Of a stretch of DNA of 64,000 nt, positions 1 through 10,319 are shown piece after piece. Within the stretch, counting starts at the first letter, position 1; each line of letters starts with the position of its first letter. The stretch is from positions 17,982,001 through 18,046,000 of the forward strand of contig NC_045697.1 of NCBI RefSeq assembly GCF_009834535.1, in the 5' to 3' direction. The translations under genes and the position numbers were made by a program. Source of the DNA: Camelus ferus (taxonomy: Eukaryota). The notes beneath the pieces were generated by a model, which did no database searches, was not told where the DNA came from, and worked only from the letters and a program-made list of their open reading frames with translations.

Positions 1-760
1 AAAACTTGGGGGAAAGAAAGGGAAGGGTGACATCTGCTTTTCCAGCTCCCTGAAGTTGAAGATTGTACCCATTCATTTTTGCATTCCCAACACTCAACAT
101 AGATGCTGAGTGAACAGAAAGTGAGGCCTGCGTTTGGTCCACTAGGAGATTATATCTTGGTTATGATGCTTCTTTCCCGGCTTTTGGTCCTGGGAAGATC
201 AAGAAGTTTTTCCTGAGGACCTGTGGTAGTTTAGGAGAAGTGAATCTAATGGTTGATGTGGCTGGGCAGCCATGGCAGCTGTCCAGGTTTGCCGTGCCGG
301 CAGCCCGGCCCATCCCTTTGTTCATGGTATGGTACCTGGCATGATTCTGCTAGCTTGGAGAAAGTGAGTGAACAGACCAGTGATCTTTCTCAGCTGCAGA
401 TTGCCTGTAAGTTCAGTGAGCACCAGCAGCAGAGGATCTGTTTTTTTTTCCTGGTGTGGTTTAGTGTTTTTTAGAGAGTGAGTTCCAGCTTTTTCATGTT
501 GAAGCTAGTCTTCAAGAAGACAGAGACCACAAAACATGGACATTCTCTATGGCACCTGTCAGGACTTAGATCTCCTGAGGAAGGGAAAATTAGTTTTAGG
601 ACTGTAAGACGGGCCTCTTTAAGCGTCGTCAGTCTTTCCCATTGTGTTATTTCATTTTTCTACCACTGCTAACTGCCAGTGTATCGGTCTTTTTTCTGAA
701 AAATGTAATTCAGGGATTTGGAGATTGAAGTGCTGCTGAGTTGAGCATTACAGATGTACC

Positions 761-802
761 AAAACAAACAAACAAACAAACAAACAAAAACAAACCCAAA
801 AA
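761..802. repeat. (AAAC)n microsatellite in the last intron of ZCCHC4
   Basis: aaaacaaacaaacaaacaaacaaacaaaaacaaacccaaaaa is seen directly. Confidence 0.9.
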
Positions 803-1120
803 ACTATCAACAACAGAAAACCTCCCAACTCATTGACTTGACTATTTACCTCTGTGGTGTATTTGTCCTGAATAGATTGTTCTAAATCTGTAGTAGCCAT
901 CTGTCAAAGGAATTTCTTTTCCCAAACATTTTGCTTGGTCAGGTCTCTATCTCCTTGTTATTATGGTTAGGATTCTGAGGATTTATGCGTATAATACAGT
1001 ACATTCTTTCCCTTCTGTTTTTTTTTTTTTTAATTTGGTTAGCTAGTTAATTAAACTTCAACATAATTACATAATTCACTGTGCTCATTCTACAAAATAA
1101 TTTAGCACCTTGTTTTTCAG

Positions 1121-1256
1121 AGCTGTCAGAAAGCAGAAGCAAAGAAAAAGCAATAAGATGAAAATGGAGACCACTAAAGGACAGTCCATGAATCATATAT
1201 CTGTTACAAGGAGGAAGAAAAGGAGAGAAAGAGCCCATCAATATCTTTGCTCTTAA
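1121..1256 (+). CDS. ZCCHC4: Last coding exon of ZCCHC4 (28S rRNA m6A methyltransferase); basic C-terminal tail
   Basis: Acceptor ttgtttttcag ends at 1120. The phase-2 exon translates to AVRKQKQRKSNKMKMETTKGQSMNHISVTRRKKRRERAHQYLCS*, with TAA at 1254-1256. This matches the mammalian ZCCHC4 C-terminus as I recall it, and ZCCHC4-ANAPC4 tandem order is conserved synteny. The ORF track misses it. Confidence 0.93.
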
Positions 1257-1949
1257 ATGTCCAGTGACTTGAGAATAAGAAAGATTTACAGTCCAACCTT
1301 TGATGCCATTTTCTGAAAGTGCCACGCCGGACTTAAATTCTGTAGCTTTCAAAGGTATGCACCTTTCTAAGCTTGAGAACAGGCAAGTGGTATTTGCTGG
1401 TTTATAGACCCCCCAGCAGCCCCTCGGGAGACCTGGGGACTTGTTCCATCCTTAGCTGGTTTACTAGCTCTCTCTGCTTTTCTTCTTCTTAAATCTCTTC
1501 CAGTTGTATTGTTTTAGCCTCTTTTATATGAAGAATGGGCATAGAATATTCTTTTGCAGAAAGAAGAAAATGAAGATGAAAACCTAAAGCTTTGTTTGTA
1601 TTGAACAGAGGAGTAGGTTAAGTTAGATATTTTAAATTAAATATTAAAATATTGTAAAATAGCTTAAGCCCCACTTGTAAAGAGAAATATAATATATAAT
1701 TTTTTAGCCAGAATCTGAAGATGATGGAAAGAATTTTGACAAAGGCAGTCTAAAGATATAAAGATTATGATTATGGTTATATTATTATTAAATATTTATT
1801 TTTCAAATACTTTTTGCAGTTGTCCTTTGATGGTATAGAATCACCTAAATGTTTGTTGAATGACTGAGGTGTTTGGAATTATGACCTGCTCTGACATCTC
1901 AGTGTCTTTTAAGCTAGGCAGTGCATTTCTCTCTTTGTAAAAGTGGTAG

Positions 1950-2135
1950 CAGGAGGCAGGATACTTTGGTGACTGGGACTCTTCACTCTGATTTTCACAC
2001 TTCCTGGTTGTATGTCCTTGGCCAGGTCATTCACTCTCTAGAAGCCCCTAACTCTTCATTATTATAATGGTGACAATAATATTCACACTTGGGTTTGTTT
2101 TGTGATTAAATTAAATGGGGCGCATGTGCCTGGTT
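1950..2135 (+). mobile_element. MIR SINE remnant in the ZCCHC4 3'UTR region
   Basis: MIR core-like sequence: ttcctggttgtatgtccttggccaggtcattcactctct...ataatggtgacaataatattcac...gtgattaaattaaatg. Confidence 0.6.
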
Positions 2136-2304
2136 CTCAGTTCTCCTGTTACTGGTGAGAAGTGAATCAGATGTCCACGGAGCACTGGTGTTAATCACCG
2201 GTCCCTGGGTGGTCCAGGATCATGGTGCTGAAGGGAGTAGTTTGGACAAACAGCTCATCTCCCTATTTCTCTGCTAGGTATCTGACATTATCTGCTTAAG
2301 CTTG

Positions 2305-2310
2305 AATAAA
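2305..2310 (+). terminator. Candidate polyadenylation signal for ZCCHC4
   Basis: AATAAA about 1.05 kb after the stop codon, followed by a T-rich downstream tract. Confidence 0.5.
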
Positions 2311-3832
2311 GTCTTGAATGGCTTGCATTTGCATAGTAACTTTTCTCCTTTTCCTCTGAACACCTGTTTGAGAGCAGGTTTGGAGGCATCTCTCCTTGGG
2401 CTTACCCAGAGCCCTGTGAATAAAGGTAGAAGAACTGCCTCCATCTGGTATTGAAATTCCATCTGGTATTTTATGTTAGGGTAGTTTGATGCCTGATGTG
2501 GAATACTCAAATGTGGCTCTGGTAGATCAGGCGACATCAAAAGATGAGCTAAGCTTCTAGACTTAACAAGTCTCACAAAACTCTTCTCTTGCCCCTCTTT
2601 TAACATGGGTTGCTATAGGAAGGGCAGATTTCCAGGTACATGGATGAGGTATGAACCTCGTAGAATCGTTGTGAGATTCCCCTCTCTGATTGAGGCATAC
2701 ACATGGACATTGCCTGACTATCATGATGTCCATGATATTGTGGTAAAATCTGTTGAAATCTCCCAGAAACTCAGACACTTCGGGGGACCATGACTGCTGA
2801 AGAATTGAGTTCTGATGGCCAGTGGTCATTATCATCACCATATTTTCTTAGTTTTAAGATACCTTCAGTTGTAGAACGCACTACCGATGTAATCATAGCT
2901 TTTGCGGAACAAACACCTCTATCTCATTAATGTACATATTAAATTTTAGATGTATCTTATTTCAGAAATACTGAAATGTGAAAAAAAGTCCGTCTTAGAA
3001 TTGAGCATATAGGGTGTTACTTATAATCAGGAATTCTGTACTTTAAAACTTTCTTACTTTCTTAGAGAGTTGAAAATAGGAAATTTGGTGGTTCTGATCT
3101 TGTGTTCAATTAATACTAATTTTAAGGATTTAACCTCTTTCTTTTCTCAGAGAATAAAGTAATAGAATGTAAAACTGTCTCTGGAAGGTATACAGTGTGA
3201 TGGGACATGAGGTCATGTGTTCTAATCAGAAATCGACATATCTGAACATTAAGATACCTAGTCGAAACAGCAATAGAAGAAAATCCCTGAAATTTGACAG
3301 ATAAACTTTCCAAAGTTTTTTAAAGGACATTTTTCTTAAATAACTACAGCTAAATTTCATCCTACTTCTTGCTTATGTTACAAAATGTAGTGAAATACAA
3401 AGTTACTTTGTAGGCCTTGAATGATCAGATTTGTTTTTTTTCCTAAATTTAGTCTGAAATTTAGACTAATTTATTTCTCCAGTATGCCCCAATCTTTCAT
3501 CCCATTCTCTTCTTTTTGTTTGGAATATTTCCCTCCATATGGCCATCATTAAAGTCTTAAGGAGCCTTCAGGCCCTGGCCCAAGCCCCACTCTCTTCTGG
3601 GAAGTCCCACATGAGTCCCTGATACCAGCCAGCACCTTCCTCTCTGCACCACATTTGAGGCACTTTTCATGTATTGTTCCGTGATTACATTTACAGATTC
3701 TGTTTCTCCAAAAGGTTTCAGCTTCTTACTGTCAGTACCCACTTCGTATCTTATGTCTCTCTTCTGTATTATAGGTGCTCATTAAAAACTTGATGAAAGC
3801 ATGAAATTTTCTAGAGATTTTCAGACAGTAGA

Positions 3833-4207
3833 TGTATTTGTTTCTAGGGCTGCCATAACAAAAAATCACAGACAGGGTGGTGAAAACAACAGTTTATTTT
3901 CTCACAGTTCTGGAGGCTGGAGGTCCAAGATCCATGTGTTGGCAGGTTTGGTTATTGTGAGGCCTCTCTCCTTAACGTGCAGATGGCTGCCTTCCCAGGG
4001 TGTCTTCACACGGTCTCTCCTCCATGTATGTCCAAATTTCCTCTTATAAGGATACTAGTCACATTGGATTAGGGCCCACCCTAATGGCCTCCTTTTACCT
4101 TTGTCTCCTTTTAAAAGACCCTGTCTCTAAATACAGTCCCATTCTGAGGTACGGGGGGTTATGGCTTCAGCATATGGATTTGGGGAGACACAGTTCAGTC
4201 CCTAACA
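3833..4207 (-). mobile_element. MLT1-family (MaLR) solo LTR
   Basis: TG...CA termini (tgtatttg...cctaaca) and a typical MLT1 body (gggctgccataacaaa...tttattttctcacagttctggaggctggaggtccaagatc). The 5-bp flanks gtaga/gtagg fit a target-site duplication (TSD) with 1 mismatch. Confidence 0.85.
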
Positions 4208-4511
4208 GTAGGCATGCCTAAGATATGGAGAGGACTTGCTCTTCTCTCTTTCTCAGAAGGACTGGAAAAGAAAAGGAAAACAGACCTAAACAATATTGGG
4301 AGGAGCTCAGAGCCAACAGGAGGGCAGTCCCGACACTGAGGGTTTAAATGTTGGGATGTGTGGTGTGAGCAAGACTGGCAGCCTTATCTGGAGGCTTCTA
4401 AACTTAGAATAATTCAGCTTCCAAGGTTACTTTCAGAAAAACACAAAAGTTGCTTTCTGCCCCCTTCAAAACAATCTATAAAATACTAGGCATCTGGGAG
4501 AAGTCTGACTG

Positions 4512-4832
4512 TAGGCAGACCTCAGAGATATTGTGGATCTGGTTCCAGACTACTGCAGTAAAGCCAGTATCTCAGTGAAGGCCATTGCATGAAGTTTTTG
4601 GTTTTCCAGTGCATATAAAAGTGATGTTTATACTGCACTGTAGTCTGTTATGTATGTAGTCTGTTAAGTAAGCAATGCCGTAGCATTGTCTTAAAAAAAC
4701 CCCACACGCCTGAATTAAGAAGTACTTTGTTGCTAAAAAGTGCTAACCGTCACCTGGTAACACAGTGTTGCCCCAGACCTTCAGTTTGTAAAACACAGTG
4801 TCTGTGAAGCACAATTAAACAAGGGGCGCCTA
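4512..4832. mobile_element. Internally deleted Tigger1-derived (TcMar) DNA transposon fossil
   Basis: The left end aggcagacctcagagatattgtggatctggttccagactactgcagtaaag and right end gaccttcagtttgtaaaa...gtgaagcacaattaaacaaggggcgcct resemble the two Tigger1 termini joined without the transposase. Confidence 0.75.
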
Positions 4833-6389
4833 TCGTTTTAAAATATAAAATCAGCCTATAAAAGGTCCTGGTCTGATGCCACCTCCTGCACGATGTCCTT
4901 GTCGGTGTCCCCAGTGGAATAGTACATCTCCTGCCAGTGAAATAAAAATAGGCATGTGTTTGTGTGTCTTTCTATTTTGGTTTCTTTTCAGGTACTTAAA
5001 TCAAGCCCTGTGTTAGAACTTCTTGTGCTTGTTTCCCCGTGTAGATTAGAAGCTCGCCGATTGCAGGGGGCTGTGGATGGACATCCCTGTGAGTGTCCAC
5101 TGGCTCCCAGGCTGTATCTTGCCCACGGTGATACCAGGGATGACCCGCTGCAGTACTCATGGCCCCATCCCTCCTCCCACCACCCTGGGAAGCAGGTGCC
5201 GGGTCTAACTCCGTTCTCCACCCTCCAGGTAGAAGCTGCTCAAAAATACAGATGGAGTGATTAGAAATGGCCATTTAGGCCTCCAGACCCAACTGTGCTA
5301 CCTGATAGTAAGATGCTGACACACGTAGAGCTGCCTAAGGAAGGAAAGCTCAAACAGAAGGCAAAGGAAAATCCATCTTGACTGCTTTGATTTTAATTGG
5401 AACATTAGGACATGGGTTACGTTACTTGAGGGTCAGTCAGGTCATCACTGCAATGAAGTGAACATAAGACCTCTACTATTTGATTTCAGGAGATTTAGTA
5501 TAAATGTTAACCCAGCAAGACTGAGGGGAAAAAGCACCAAAAGTGAACAAGCAGATCTCAGGGATCTGAGGGGTGAGTTTTATCCCATTAGCTGGACAGT
5601 CACAGACTCTCCTACTGTTGTGTTGTTTGATGCCCCTGCAGACTGGAAATGTGACATTGGTGGTCTCTAAGAAACTCAGCCTGAATAGACAAGGCCAGTT
5701 TCTTCATCTGCAAATGTGGAGGCGAGGAGTGGGAGAAAACTAGAGATAGCCTAAACATTCTGCATGCTTACAGAGGACAAAAGGAAACAAAAGTTGCTGC
5801 CCATTAACTTTACAATTAGTACACGGGCTAGGTGAATCACAGAAAATGAAAAGTTACTTTTAACACCACCACTCAGGTAACCGCTGTCACAGCTTACATG
5901 TAGGTTCTTCCAAAGGTAGATTCTTGTATAAATGGCTAGACACTCTGAAATTTCGCCCACAAAAATGGAATTCTAAAAACATCCTGTTTTGTAATCCTCT
6001 CTCATAAACATGTCAAGAACATCAATTTATACCTAAAACAATAGTATTATTCTTCAGGATGTACTGTATTTAACCAGTCAGCCTCCTATGGTTGGACAAT
6101 TAAGTTTTGTTCACTATTGTAAATGACTCTATGATAAACATACTTAGAACCAAATCTTATTTCCTTAGGATGAATTCCTATACGTATAAATACTAGTTCT
6201 GTAGCTCTTAGTAGAACTTTTTTTCTTCCCAGATAGGAATCACATGAGTTGGTCTCTGAACAGCAATAGAAGTGGTCACGGGAGACAAGCAAAACATGAA
6301 CTGATACAGTTGAGACCCGTATCTCCCAAATGTACTTAGTACCTAAAACTACCCTTTGAGTAGTAATGATTGATTGCCGTTATTGAATA

Positions 6390-6968
6390 TTATTGATGGG
6401 TTGCTTCGCCACCATCATTTCCAACCTCTCCTTTGTGTGTCTGCTGTGGGATTTGGGGGAGAGTTGACTGACATCCTCTCCTGCTCTTTTTTCTTTTTCT
6501 TTAACTGGAGGTACTGGGGATTGAACCCAGTGCCTCATGCATGCTAAGCATGTGCTCTACCCCTGAGCTATACCCAAGTCTCCCTCTCTGCTCTTAGGGA
6601 GGACTTTCTATGGGGCATAATTCCATCCCCTTTAACTGTGATTGATTTCAGCGAGGCTCAGAATAGGGGCTGGTCTAATCACGTGAGGCTCAGCACTTTA
6701 GTCATGTGATTGGTGAAGGGGCTCTTGGTCTTCCTCTGAATGAGGAAGCCTGTAGCTCCAGGTGCTGTTGGCAGTCTTCCAGTGACCACAAGGGGAGCCA
6801 GCCTTGTGGTGATGCACACCCTGAGCTGGGTCCCTGGTGACACCGAGTTGCTGGATCTAGCCTGCCCTGAAGCTGGCCCTACTGCCGGACTTGTAATTTA
6901 CTTGAGCCAATACATTCTAGTTATTACTTGTGCCACTTTGAGTTGGATTTTTTCTGTGGCCTAATGAA
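6390..6968 (+). mobile_element. Ancient ERVL/MaLR-type LTR remnant interrupted by a SINE
   Basis: The 3' part ctggatctagcctgccctgaagc...ggacttgtaatttacttgagccaatacattc...tttgagttggattttttctgt is typical of old MLT1/LTR16/LTR33-like LTRs. The subfamily is not resolved. Confidence 0.55.
6489..6580 (-). mobile_element. Camelid-type tRNA-derived SINE (Vic-1-like), copy 1
   Basis: The reverse complement reads gggtatagctcaggggtagagcacatgcttagcatgcatgaggcactgggttcaatccccagtacctcca plus an A-rich tail, with pol III A/B boxes. Degenerate TSD tcctctcctgctctt / tccctctctgctctt. Confidence 0.9.
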
Positions 6969-9655
6969 TGCAACCATGGTAGGGTAGAGAGATTCCAACA
7001 CTAACGATTTCTTTTTCCAGAAAATTCAGTCAATTTGTTTATTTTGTGTGTTTCACTTATTTTATGACTTCAAAATAGACCTCTCAAATTAACAGTCTTT
7101 CACACGGCTTAGATTAGTCACACCCCACAAAACTCCAACTTCCATCTCTGTATACTGAGTCCCACATCTTTGCTCAGGCCCTGACCTTTGCTCTTCAAAC
7201 CTGCCTTCCCAGCTGCCTTTGGCCGTCACAGATAGATTTCTACACCCACGTCCACCTGAACATGGTCCTCACTACACCCCTTCGTTCTGGTCTGCTCTCC
7301 CTGTCTCCCCCCTCATACTTCCCTCATACCCCACCCCACCTAACGGCAACCAGTTCTCTGCTACCTGAGTCTGCGCACCCATATATACAACCTCAGTCTT
7401 GACGATGCCCTTGCCTTCATTCTCCCAATCTGATCAATAATCTGTTCTTGGTATTATACTTCAGAAATGTGTCTGGAATTGCCTCCCACACCCCCACCCC
7501 CTTGCCCAACTAGTCTTCCTGCCATGTTTACACCTTCAGTCAGTCCTTCCTTTCTAACCCAACATCAGCCTCATCACAAGAATTAAGGTCCTGAATAACT
7601 AGTGAACCAATGTGATGCTGTCACCAACACGCCCCTCTGCAAATTATAAATCTCTGTTGGCAGCTGCCGGGCCCTTCAAAATCCAACCCCATGTCATTAT
7701 AACACGTGGAAAGATGCCATCAGCATGAGCTAGCCCAAGGGGTCTAGTGATTAAAGAAACAGCCTAGCTACCAAAAAGTTATTTCAAACCAGCTAGTTTT
7801 TGCACTTTCCCCCAAGCACTAGGAAAAGGTGAGACACAGCATAGGAATTCTTAAAGTCTGTTTTCTCTTCATTTCCCTCCCCGCTTCCCCACTTCCCAGT
7901 CTCTGTACATTTATACCTCCTGCCCTTGCCTCCTTAAAAACCACCCGTGCCTGATCCCTGGGCCTTTCCCCCCTTCTCTCTAGATTCTGTGCCACAGAAG
8001 TGCATTAAACCAGTTTGACAAAGCAGTGTTTTCCTTAGAGAATGGGGAGAACAAAGAAACGGAGTGGGTAAAGCCAAAACTCTCCTTTATGGGACAGTAG
8101 GAAAAAGAAAAGGCTGGAAACACTGTGTTCATAGCTCTTGTCCTATGGCTACTTTGAAACCTTTCCAGTAACAGTCACTCCCACTGACACAAATGAGGTG
8201 CTATGGCCACATAAAATTATTTGTAGTGTCCTGGCCACATCTGCAACTCCACACCTATGCTGTTTCCTGTGTTAAACATACTTTCTGGGAAATTCATACT
8301 CTTCTGTGAAGGTTTCATAATAGGCAGGTAGTTGTTCTCTGTCTCCTAGCAGTGAGTGTATAGCTCTAACAACAGTCCTTTTCATGTGTTATATGAAGGT
8401 TCATATTCAGGACACAGTTGAGGAAAATGGGCATTCAGTTTTGATAAGACTGTTAAGCAGCTAGATATTAGTCCCCCACCATTTAGATTATCTATTGCCG
8501 CCTGTTGGAGGATGGAGAAGGTGTCTTGAGACGGGAAAACGAGGCAGGCAGCTCTGTATCATCAATGGATCTGATTATTTTAGGGAAACTTACAGGGTGG
8601 GATCCGGTGGACAATGATCTGGAAGCATCTGCAGCTGCACTTAGCACCTCGAAGGGACCACTGGGACAATTTTATAGTTCACCTAGAGAAACAGGAAGTG
8701 CATTCCTAAGTGAAGATTTATGAGTGGGTAACTAGTCTTGTGAGTGCCAAAATTAAGTCAGGGAAGGTCTTCATCATTGGGGACTAACAGAGCATAAAGG
8801 CCACCTGGTCCTAATGATTATTAACCAATATCTATTAGCTACAAAGCCATTAAGGACAGAGAAGTGATTTACCACACATCACAGTCCTAGGTAGGGTCAG
8901 TGGAAGGACAGGAGGAACTGTACTCGCCCAAGGTGGCGATAGTTATGCTAGCAACCATACACCACCCCAGAACGTTAAATAATGATCCAAAATGCATTTC
9001 ATGATAACAAAGGCAAGGCCATTCTCACTTTAGAATACTGCTTCTGGAAGAATCTGGGAGACGTGCTAAACTGTTTGCAGCAAACTCAAGGGAAAAAGCG
9101 AGGCTCTCAAAGGGAGCAGGGTGAGTATCAAGCGTTACAAACAGTGCCTTGCAGAAAGCAGTGCTCGAATATTTGCTGCTGAACGAATTAGTCTACCTCT
9201 ATCACCCACCTCCCAGGGGCTACATCCAGATAGAAGGCGAGAAGGTGCGGCATGTTGAAAGTTGAAGATCCCGCCGCCTTTCTCCTCTGAACAAGTGAAA
9301 GAAGTGAGAGGTATAGATGACTTTCTACCACAGATTTTAAGTTCAAGATGATACTCTCACATTCTCTTACCCTGGTTGTGGGAACTTTTGAACAAGTTAA
9401 CACATTTAAATGTGTCTGTAGCGAGAAGCATCAGATGGATTCTGGTTGACGTCCTGTCAGGCTGACTGAGCCCATGTCCCGTGCATCTGTGAAGCGTAGA
9501 TTCCTTCGTACAGTAGATGCTCCAATAGCTATGGGACAAATCCTGGGTGAGCTCACGGTCCTTATTCATTATGGTGGGGCTGCTACTATCAAATAGTTGG
9601 GAGGCTTAAATGGGGTAAAGAATCAAGATATTTGCCTGTGTCGGACGTTTTAGAT

Positions 9656-9780
9656 CAGGGCTCTCCTTCCTTGGCTGCAAATTGGAAGCACTTTAGAGCG
9701 TTTTAATAAATACTGGGTCCCATCCTGTATTACTTCTCATTTAATCGGGCTGGGGTTTTGCCTGGGCAGGAGAGTTTTGA

Positions 9781-9811
<31 letters not shown>

Positions 9812-9865
9812 CAAAACAAAACACCTTCTCACTGGTGGTGGAGCCGCCAGGGCTGAGGACCGGCG
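9656..9865 (+). mobile_element. MER5A-like hAT-Charlie MITE immediately upstream of the ANAPC4 promoter
   Basis: cttggctgcaaattggaagcac...aaatactgggtcccatcc...tttaatcgggctgggg...gcctgggca...gccagggctgaggacc follows the MER5A consensus order as I recall it. Confidence 0.7.
9780..9822. repeat. (AAAAC)n pentanucleotide microsatellite
   Basis: About 8 perfect units, seen directly. Confidence 0.95.
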
Positions 9866-9939
9866 GTCCACAGGCTGCCGAAGGGGTTCCTGCGCACGGA
9901 GACCTCGCCGCCGTGTTCTCGCGAGGAAGCCCGGGAACC

Positions 9940-10062
9940 GGAAGTGCCCGGAGCGCGCGGCGGCGACGGCGCTGCGGCGGGGAGGTTGCAGCTCACTCTC
10001 CGGTGCTGCGAGACAGGTAGAGGCTACCCGGGTCGTGCTGGCTGCCGTGGGGCAGCTCGCAG
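9940..10062 (+). other. ANAPC4: Probable non-coding exon 1 of ANAPC4 (5' end approximate)
   Basis: Donor GCAG|GTACCG at 10062/10063, with an alternative ACAG|GTAGAG at 10016/10017. Acceptor ttgcag ends at 10180, 10 nt before the ATG. The transcription start is inferred from the ETS motif position. Confidence 0.55.
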
Positions 10063-10190
10063 GTACCGCCGCTGTCCGGGCTCTGCGGGAAGGGCCAGGG
10101 GCAGAGACGGGAGCGGCACCCGGCCAGGGCCGGGCGGCCCAGGGGGTCCCTGCCGGCCTCCGACTGGGGTGTCATTGCAGGGCCGCCCCC

Positions 10191-10319
10191 ATGTTGCGTT
10201 TCCCGACTTGTTTCCCGTCCTTCCGGGTCGTGGGAGAGAAGCAGCTGCCGCAGGAGATAATTTTCCTGGTCTGGTCACCCAAGCGGGATCTCATTGCTTT
10301 GGCCAACACTGCGGGCGAG
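10191..10319 (+). CDS. ANAPC4: ANAPC4 exon 2 (first coding exon), aa 1-43
   Basis: gccgccccc ATG; MLRFPTCF...ANTAGE; donor GAG|GTGAGT. Confidence 0.97.

Larger units (their letters stand above)
1257..2330 (+). other. ZCCHC4: Probable ZCCHC4 3'UTR
   Basis: Follows the stop codon and is AT-rich. A canonical AATAAA lies at 2305-2310 and another at 2419-2424. The end point is inferred. Confidence 0.55.

Noticed and set aside
1242..1256. C-terminal YLCS of ZCCHC4 as a prenylation signal
   Set aside because: The Cys is penultimate, so it does not fit CaaX, CC or CxC motifs.
1047..1352. 101-aa minus-strand ORF
   Set aside because: It is the antisense shadow of the ZCCHC4 last exon.
2274..2841. 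Overlapping ORFs just past the ZCCHC4 3'UTR as a retrocopy or small gene
   Set aside because: No recognisable protein similarity, poly-A tail or TSD.
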